Shown: piece after piece, positions 63,407 to 64,000 of the stretch
Position numbering within the stretch: the first letter of the stretch is position 1
Layout of the letters: every line of letters begins with the position of its first letter
Assembly: GCA_951406725.2 (NCBI GenBank)
Contig: OX597819.1
Span: forward strand, 9,300,001-9,364,000
DNA: 64,000 nt
Direction of reading: 5' to 3'
Source: Octopus vulgaris
Lineage: Eukaryota
Translations under genes and position numbers: made by a program
The notes under the pieces: model-generated
The model's input: only the letters and a program-made list of their open reading frames with translations
The model's database searches: none
What the model was told of the DNA's origin: nothing

Positions 63407-63980
63407 GCGGTGAGCTAGTAGAATCGTTAGCACGCCGGGCGAAATGCGTAGCCGTATTTCGTCTGCCGTTACGTTGTGAGTTCAAATTCCGCCGAGGTCG
63501 ACTTTGCCTTTCATCCTTTCGGAGTCGATTAAATAAGTACCAGTTACGCACTGGGGTCGATGTAATCGACTTAATCCTTGTGTCTGTCCTTGTTTGTCCC
63601 CTCTGTTTTTAGCCCCTTGTGGGTAGTAAAGAAATAGGTATTTCGCCTGTCTTTACGTTCTGAGTTCAAATTCCGCCGAGGTCGACTTTGCCTTTCATCC
63701 TTTCGGGGTCGATTAAATAAGTACCAGTTACGCACTGGGGTCGATATAATCGACTTAATCCTTGTGCCTGTTCTTGTTTGTCCTCTCTGTGGATAGTAAA
63801 GAAATGGGTATTTCGTTTGTCTTTACGTTCTGAATTCAAATTCCGCCGAGGTCGACTTTGCCTTCCATCCTTCCGGGGTTGATAAATTAAGTACTAGTTG
63901 CGTACTTACTGGAGTCGATCTAATTGACTGGCCCCCTCCCCAAAGTTTCTGGCCTTGTGTCTAGAGTAGAAAAGAATATT
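63407..63980 (+). mobile_element. Second SINE-B trimer
   Basis: Same architecture as 62806-63390. Confidence 0.9.
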
Positions 63981-64000
63981 AGATCAGATTCTTGACTGGC

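Overview
AT-rich, microsatellite-dense eukaryotic DNA, most likely intergenic or intronic sequence from an octopus-type cephalopod (inferred from recalled SINE families, not verified). No intact host gene is recognisable. The window is a mosaic of mobile elements: at least four tRNA-derived SINE families, labelled here A-D (about 45 copies or fragments, many with target-site duplications, TSDs); a nearly full-length decayed RTE LINE; CR1, Tx1/L1, R4/Dong and Penelope-like fragments; Tc1/mariner and hAT remnants; a decayed Helitron Rep region and non-autonomous Helitrons. The most interesting signals are: (1) a tRNA-headed, Pol III-type element carrying a minimal hammerhead ribozyme and a Penelope-style inverted terminal copy (40695-41601); (2) further decayed hammerhead motifs and a covarying multi-hairpin RNA motif tied to Penelope-like remnants; (3) tandem ORF1-only Tx1-like elements sitting at one site in a SINE head; (4) SINE-B concatemers with a fixed self-complementary junction. 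All coordinates were read by eye and are approximate.
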